DNA of 64,000 nt from a virus (Duplodnaviria > Heunggongvirae > Uroviricota > Caudoviricetes), in IMG/VR virus record IMGVR_UViG_2562617057_000010, positions 9,241 to 73,240 of that record; one strand, 5' to 3'. How positions within the stretch are numbered: the first letter of the stretch is position 1; every line of letters begins with the position of its first letter. The position numbers and the translations under genes were made by a program. The notes under the pieces were generated by a model that saw only the letters and a program-made list of their open reading frames with translations, was not told where the DNA came from and did no database searches. This document shows positions 59,194-64,000 of the stretch, one piece after another.

Positions 59194-59616
59194 TCATTTG
59201 TCGGGGGTTATTTCCAGGTTTCTGGTCTTTACCCAGCGGTCTTCCTCGAAGGGGGAATCGAAACGGACGAAAACCCGGTCAATGGCGGGGCTACTGGTGC
59301 GGGTGTCAACGATCGTTCCGCGTTGCTGCGGACTGTTTTTCAGACATACGCGGGTCCCTTTGATGAATGTGGTGTGGCAGGTGTGTTCAGCACTTTCCTT
59401 TGCCGGGTCAGCTGCTGTCTGAAGGGTGGCAAGCTGATTTCTCAGACAGGTGTTTTCCTGTACCACCTGTTCAATTGCGTCTGCGGCGATAAGGTGAGGC
59501 TCCACTGACAGCACCATCATCGGGTTGTCAGTGTCAGCCATCATTGCGGCGTAGTTGCGTAAAAACATTGCGCCCGCAAGGGCTTTATCTTTGAGGGTGA
59601 GTGTCGGATTAATCAT
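59194..59616 (-). CDS. hypothetical early protein
   Basis: 140-aa ORF. Confidence 0.45.
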   Translation of the reverse strand: MINPTLTLKDKALAGAMFLRNYAAMMADTDNPMMVLSVEPHLIAADAIEQVVQENTCLRNQLATLQTAADPAKESAEHTCHTTFIKGTRVCLKNSPQQRGTIVDTRTSSPAIDRVFVRFDSPFEEDRWVKTRNLEITPDK

Positions 59617-59683
59617 TTTTATTTCCCTTATTCAGATTGTGCGAATCCCGCCGCGTGAGCGGTGTATTAACGAAACCGGTTAA

Positions 59684-59899
59684 TTAACTAAAGAGGCGGC
59701 GTGCTTTACGCTCTACGTCTTCTTTGTGCTGAATGAATGCGTTGTATGCATCCCGTTTTTTTTTCTGGCGACGTCTGTCGCGTATTTCCCGCCATGTATC
59801 AATAAGTGTCAGTATGCAGATGGCAAAAAACATTGCGGCTGCAATCAGTGTGATAACAAATAACGACTCCGGTACACTGAATGAATAACTGAAATTCAT
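59684..59899 (-). CDS. small membrane protein
   Basis: 71 aa, one TM helix (LFVITLIAAAMFFAICILTLI) then highly basic tail. Confidence 0.4.
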   Translation of the reverse strand: MNFSYSFSVPESLFVITLIAAAMFFAICILTLIDTWREIRDRRRQKKKRDAYNAFIQHKEDVERKARRLFS

Positions 59900-59904
59900 C
59901 GTGA

Positions 59905-60147
59905 TTACTCCGTAATTATTGCGGGTTCGGGAACCATGCCATCCGTTAATTGTTTCGCCATCCGGTTAAGTTCTTTAAGGTCCTCGCTGGCTCCCGTATC
60001 TTTTGAACAAAACAGGGTGTTGCGGACGCTGAATATTCCGCACTTCATTACTTCGAAGTGTGTTTTTCTGGCGCGGGGATTAATTTCGTTATCGAAGTAA
60101 TATCCCTGCAGAAATTCGTTTACCTGTTCTGCTGTGTGTTTTCTCAT
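59905..60147 (-). CDS. hypothetical early protein
   Basis: 80-aa ORF. Confidence 0.4.
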   Translation of the reverse strand: MRKHTAEQVNEFLQGYYFDNEINPRARKTHFEVMKCGIFSVRNTLFCSKDTGASEDLKELNRMAKQLTDGMVPEPAIITE

Positions 60148-60188
60148 AACGGAGTCCTCGTTAAAAATAACCGGTGATAAACCCGCTG

Positions 60189-60539
60189 TTATAACTCAGC
60201 CTGTTTAATAAAATTTTCTCCGTAAAGAAGGCGATCAACTGTGCGTAGCGCTTCGTACAACGTGAAATCCTGCCCGAACTGATTGTCGCCGCAGCTCAGA
60301 GCAAAAATGCGGTTTCCGGTAAACGGATTGCGCGGGTATTTGTGGACCACTATTCCAGCTTTCTCAATCATCCAGGTATGCTCGCCGATTTGTTTTACTG
60401 CGTGGCCATCCGGTGTTGCGTGTGTCTCGCTCAGGCTGTAGCGGATGTTGCTGCGTGATGCGCTGGTAGCGAAACGGTTGGCATAGCGTTCTGCGCCGTT
60501 GCGGAAGCGCTGCTGTGAAGAATTGAGTTGTTGTTTCAT
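60189..60539 (-). CDS. hypothetical early protein
   Basis: 116-aa ORF. Confidence 0.45.
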   Translation of the reverse strand: MKQQLNSSQQRFRNGAERYANRFATSASRSNIRYSLSETHATPDGHAVKQIGEHTWMIEKAGIVVHKYPRNPFTGNRIFALSCGDNQFGQDFTLYEALRTVDRLLYGENFIKQAEL

Positions 60540-60567
60540 ATTTCTACTGGTCCTTGTGTGACGGTAG

Positions 60568-60762
60568 TTACAGTGACTCGTTTATTGCCAGCTTAAAAAT
60601 CATTTCAGCCAGAACTTCGCTAATTACATTGACGTCCTGATTGGTCAGTGCCATTTTCCAGGCATGGCTTGCCCGTGTAGGAGCCAGCCGGCCTGATTGT
60701 TGTTGCATGATGATGATGCGTAAATTGCTGTATAAGTCTTTTGTTTGAGTGAAGCCAGTCAT
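60568..60762 (-). CDS. hypothetical early protein
   Basis: 64-aa ORF. Confidence 0.35.
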   Translation of the reverse strand: MTGFTQTKDLYSNLRIIIMQQQSGRLAPTRASHAWKMALTNQDVNVISEVLAEMIFKLAINESL

Positions 60763-61059
60763 ATCAACACCTTCAAATCTTGATGTTTTTAATGAAACCT
60801 TTGGGTTTTAATTAATGTGTTCATTTTTAATATCATGTTAAAAATATAACTGGTGATAAATTTAATGGTTGTAGTAACCAAACTATACCTAAACAGATGA
60901 TCGCAATCCCCCTGTTATGCCTGCAAGCAGGTTTTTTGGGTTGAACATGATTAAGCCCTGTTAAAAGTTATAATAATCAGCGATGCCAGCATGGCTAGAA
61001 CAGGTATAATCATGTATTTGATTGAAATATATATTAGTGTTTTGCTCATGGCTGCAAGT

Positions 61060-61263
61060 TCAGCTATTCGCAATGGCATCTTTCAGCATGGCTACGAGAT
61101 TTACCTCAATAGCGTCTTTAGCTTTTTCTTTTGGACGGATAATAATCCGTCCATCGCGAACCATTCCCCTACATGTGCCGATTGGTGTACCTGTCATTTC
61201 CGCGTATTTCTCCAAGCGGACGTAGGCTGTAGGTATGTTAATGTTGATAGTTATGTTACTCAT
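61060..61263 (-). CDS. Cox-like HTH regulator/excisionase (candidate)
   Basis: 67 aa with HTH-like YAEMTGTPIGTCRGMVRDGRI, early position divergent from repressor. Confidence 0.45.
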   Translation of the reverse strand: MSNITININIPTAYVRLEKYAEMTGTPIGTCRGMVRDGRIIIRPKEKAKDAIEVNLVAMLKDAIANS

Positions 61264-61466
61264 TCTTTTTCTTCTCCCTCCTGAGTGATGATCTCAAGTC
61301 CGCGCATGAAAATGACGTGGGCCATATTGCAGTCAGTGCGAAGCTCTTTCTTTGCCAGGTCCTCTACAGTCTTACGAACTTCTGGTGTCAGACGCAGGGC
61401 GATCGGCCTGCCTTTGAAGGCACCTTTAGGCAATCGTGACTTATGAGCGTGTTGTTCTTGATTCAT
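61260..61466 (-). CDS. ribbon-helix-helix-type small regulator (candidate)
   Basis: 68 aa, first gene divergent from repressor. Confidence 0.4.
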   Translation of the reverse strand: MNQEQHAHKSRLPKGAFKGRPIALRLTPEVRKTVEDLAKKELRTDCNMAHVIFMRGLEIITQEGEEKE

Positions 61467-61509
61467 AGTGATATATTGTGATCCTCTATCAGTTCGTTAA
61501 TGACATTGT

Positions 61510-61527
61510 GGTACGTTTTTGCGTACC
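61510..61527. promoter_or_regulatory. operator-type palindrome in the lysis/lysogeny switch region
   Basis: GGTACG-TTTTTG-CGTACC perfect inverted repeat between divergent regulator genes. Confidence 0.4.
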
Positions 61528-61542
61528 TGTCAAGGTGATTTA

Positions 61543-61921
61543 TATGCATTTAAGTATAGGTGAACGCCTTAGAGAGGAACGTCTCCGCTTAGAATTAAGC
61601 CAAGCTGCTCTTGGTGAGATCGGCGGGGTTAGAAAGCAAGCGCAGCTCCTCTATGAAAAAGGTGAGCGCAATCCAGATACTGCTTACCTTTCTGCGATAT
61701 CAAAGTTCGGGGTGGATATTCAATATGTTGTGGTTGGTGAGCGCTCTGTGTCGGCATTGAGTAATGATGAAAGTGAGCTTTTGTCGCTTTATCGTTCTGC
61801 TCCATTGGCCGTTAAAGCGGCAGCATTGGCAGCTCTTACAGCCGGTAGTTCTGCTTCTGTTTCTGTCAATGTATCAGGCAACAGTAACCGTGTAGCGGGC
61901 GGGGATTATCACGAAAAGTAA
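61543..61921 (+). CDS. C-type immunity repressor (XRE-family HTH)
   Basis: Start at MHLSIGERLREERLRLELSQAALGE (track ORF starts 61478); divergent from early operon, same strand as integrase. Confidence 0.65.
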
Positions 61922-61942
61922 GCTGCGAGAGGAAGGCGGGGT

Positions 61943-62617
61943 ATGGATTTAAACTCAAACGGGGATAAGAATAAAATTGCAGGACGTGATTATAAAGAAA
62001 ATAACGTCCAGATTGAGAGTTTGGATAGTAGCCAGACAATCAATATCAATGTTCCAGCTAAGGCTGGCGAAGAGCGCCCGTTAGTAAAGTCCCAACGTAT
62101 CAGCATTCGAAAACTTGTAAATGCTGTAGCTGAGTCTGAAAACACAGAAACAGTGCCAGTTTGGGTAAAGTTGCACGCTGAACTTGGCGTGAACGGTGTG
62201 AGTGAGATATCAGGTAGTCAGTACAAGGTTGCGTTAAAATTCCTCAACGATTTACTGGCAGAAAGTAAGGAGAAGAAAACAAAAAAAGTTCTTGTCGCTA
62301 AGATCTTGAATAAAACAGAGGCGCAGGATTTGCGCCATAAACTGAATGAACATTGTAGTATTTATTACAAAAACACACGGCTGGATGAATTAAGCCACAA
62401 TCAACTCGTTGAAATTTATGAGTGGATAGAAAAAACAGCTCCCATTGTTTCACCTGAATGTAAAGAGGATATGTCTGTTTCCTTTAATGACAACATCAGA
62501 ACTAGTAATTCTGTTAATAGAACACCATTTATTAAATTGCTGACAACGCATTATTTAGTGTTCATTATCGTATTTGTTGTTGGTTTTGTTGTGGGCGAAA
62601 TCGTTTCAAAAATATGA
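61943..62617 (+). CDS. membrane-anchored hypothetical protein (cargo between repressor and integrase)
   Basis: 224 aa, Lys/Glu-rich, C-terminal TM helix (LVFIIVFVVGFVVGEIV); locally AT-rich DNA. Confidence 0.5.
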   Translation: MDLNSNGDKNKIAGRDYKENNVQIESLDSSQTININVPAKAGEERPLVKSQRISIRKLVNAVAESENTETVPVWVKLHAELGVNGVSEISGSQYKVALKFLNDLLAESKEKKTKKVLVAKILNKTEAQDLRHKLNEHCSIYYKNTRLDELSHNQLVEIYEWIEKTAPIVSPECKEDMSVSFNDNIRTSNSVNRTPFIKLLTTHYLVFIIVFVVGFVVGEIVSKI

Positions 62618-62629
62618 AGTGAGATAGCT

Positions 62630-62964
62630 ATGGGAAATCACAATGAAATTTTGAAAATAGTGCATTGCCAAAAATGTGATTGTTATATACCTAGTACAGA
62701 TACTAATTGCCCTATCTGTGGTTCGAAGTTTGTTTTACTGGTTTTAAAAAAACAGATAAGGACAGGCTAAAAAATTCTGCAATTTCTGCCGGTATGATAG
62801 TTCGCAATGATGTGACTGCAAATCTTCATATTCTTTGCTGTGGCCGCAATGCGGGTCCGAAAAAAATGGAAATAGCAGCATTAAAAGGAACTATGATATT
62901 AACTGAAAGTGAGTTTCTGGATTTTTTAAATTTAGGCGTAATCCCTGACAAATATTGTTCATGA
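62630..62964 (+). pseudogene. zinc-ribbon + BRCT-domain protein gene interrupted by a 1-nt frameshift
   Basis: Frame A 62630-62770 encodes CxxC...CPICG zinc ribbon; frame B 62707-62964 encodes BRCT-like FTGFKKTDKDRLKNSAISAGMIV...ESEFLDFL; restoring one T in the run at 62733-62736 joins them as GSKFVFTGF. Confidence 0.5.
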
Positions 62965-62974
62965 GGGTTGTGAC

Positions 62975-64000
62975 ATGACAGTTCGGCGACTCGCATCAGG
63001 AAAGTGGCTTTGTGAATGTTATCCATATGGGGCAAGCGGAAGGCGTATTCGTAGACAGTTTGCTACAAAAGGTGAGGCGCTTTCTCATGAGCGCCGATTG
63101 ATGGTGCATGCCGATGTTTCAGTGGTTAATAGTTCAAAACGATTGTCTGAGCTTGTTGATATTTGGTACGAGATGCACGGTAAAACATTGACTACGGGTG
63201 AAGAACGGCAGGCTAAGTTGAAGGCTGTTTGCGAAAGGATGGGAGATCCGCTCGTTTCAGAATTTGACCGCAATATGTTTGCTGTTTACCGGAAGCGTCG
63301 GTTATCAGGTGAATGGAGTGCTAATAAGAAAAAGCCAACTAAGGAAGCTACCGTAAATCGTGAGCAGTCATATTTGCACGCTGTTTTTTCTGAGTTAAAG
63401 CGTCTTGGCGCGTGGGCTGGTGAAAATCCTTTAGAAGGTGTGCGCCATTTTAAAGTTAGTGAAAGCGAACTCTCATTTCTGTATGAAGATGAGATTGAGA
63501 GGCTTCTTTCGGTTTGCGATGAATCAGGCAACGCCGATCTTGGTTCTGTTGTTCGTGTATGTCTGGCGACTGGGGCCAGATGGAGTGAGGCTGAAAAATT
63601 AACACAGTCTCAGGTTTTACCGGGACGGATCACATTTACGAATACCAAGAGCAAGAAAAACAGAACCGTCCCGATTTCGGATAACATCCAGAAGCTGTTA
63701 CCCAAACGTCGAGGCCGTCTCTTTTCAAATTGCTATGAAGCTTTTACTTGGGCGCTAAAGAAAGCAAAAATTGAGTTGCCGGAAGGTCAGCGAACTCACG
63801 TTCTCAGGCATACCTTTGCAAGCCACTTTATGATGAATGGGGGGAATATCTTGGTGCTACAGCAGATACTAGGTCATAGTACGATTCTTATGACGATGCG
63901 ATATGCACACTTTGCCCCAGACCACCTTGAGGCTGCGGTAACGCTCAATCCATTAGATCGTATTTACACCAAAAATAGTGGCGATAAAAACGCACTATAG
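62975..64000 (+). CDS. int: tyrosine integrase (P2-type)
   Basis: 341 aa, C-terminal catalytic region HVLRHTFASHFMMNGGNILVLQQILGHSTILMTMRYAHF; stop codon at 63998-64000. Confidence 0.85.
   Translation: MTVRRLASGKWLCECYPYGASGRRIRRQFATKGEALSHERRLMVHADVSVVNSSKRLSELVDIWYEMHGKTLTTGEERQAKLKAVCERMGDPLVSEFDRNMFAVYRKRRLSGEWSANKKKPTKEATVNREQSYLHAVFSELKRLGAWAGENPLEGVRHFKVSESELSFLYEDEIERLLSVCDESGNADLGSVVRVCLATGARWSEAEKLTQSQVLPGRITFTNTKSKKNRTVPISDNIQKLLPKRRGRLFSNCYEAFTWALKKAKIELPEGQRTHVLRHTFASHFMMNGGNILVLQQILGHSTILMTMRYAHFAPDHLEAAVTLNPLDRIYTKNSGDKNAL

Larger units (their letters stand above)
1..64000. mobile_element. P2-like (peduovirus-type) temperate myovirus prophage, partial; both ends outside window; split at ~9.49-45.85 kb by a Mu-like prophage
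   Basis: P2-type gene order from translated ORFs: tail/baseplate and L on left arm (minus), M-N-O minus and P-Q plus, Ogr-type zinc finger, gpA-type replication endonuclease, C-type repressor and tyrosine integrase on right arm. Confidence 0.75.

Noticed and set aside
60763-61059. AT-rich 300-bp gap in the P2-like early region with a weak hairpin plus T-run on the plus strand, considered as a small RNA gene
   Set aside because: Hairpin is imperfect with a 2-nt loop and no promoter could be placed; more likely early promoter/regulatory DNA.
61861-62010. Short similarity between the repressor C-terminus (NSNRVAGGDYHEK) and the N-terminus of the next ORF (NKIAGRDYKEN)
   Set aside because: Only about 17 of 27 nt identical over one short stretch; too weak to call a duplication.
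1-64000. CRISPR arrays, rRNA and tRNA genes
   Set aside because: No regularly spaced direct repeats or rRNA/tRNA-like sequence seen; the window is densely protein-coding phage DNA.

Overview
The whole window is prophage DNA, read from the translated ORFs and DNA motifs only (no database search was possible). A P2-like temperate myovirus prophage runs across the window with both ends outside it: tail fibre, baseplate, tape measure, lysis cassette, tube, sheath and head-completion gene L on the left arm (minus strand, 1-9459), and M-N-O / P-Q packaging-head genes, an Ogr-type zinc finger, gpA-type replication endonuclease, an early operon with a Dam methylase, a C-type repressor and a tyrosine integrase on the right arm (45861-64000). 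Between its adjacent genes L and M sits a complete ~36.4 kb Mu-like transposable prophage (about 9.49-45.85 kb) with repressor/ner/transposase/MuB, gam, gemA-like, mor, C, SAR endolysin plus spanins, Mu-type head and contractile tail genes, an S-U/U'-S' tail-fibre region and com-mom. The most notable observations are: (1) the nested Mu-like-in-P2-like arrangement; (2) the Mu-like G region has one gix-like site inside S but no second site and no invertase gene, with a truncated S' abutting the mom GATC control region; (3) the Mu-like ends carry TTCAAGATAA triplets and lack a canonical terminal CA on the right; (4) a -1 frameshift site (A AAA AAA) at the end of the P2-like tail chaperone gene whose -1 frame runs exactly to the tape-measure start; (5) a cargo island between the P2-like repressor and integrase containing a membrane-anchored protein gene and a frameshifted zinc-ribbon/BRCT gene. 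No rRNA, tRNA or CRISPR array was seen. Start codons and element boundaries are approximate.
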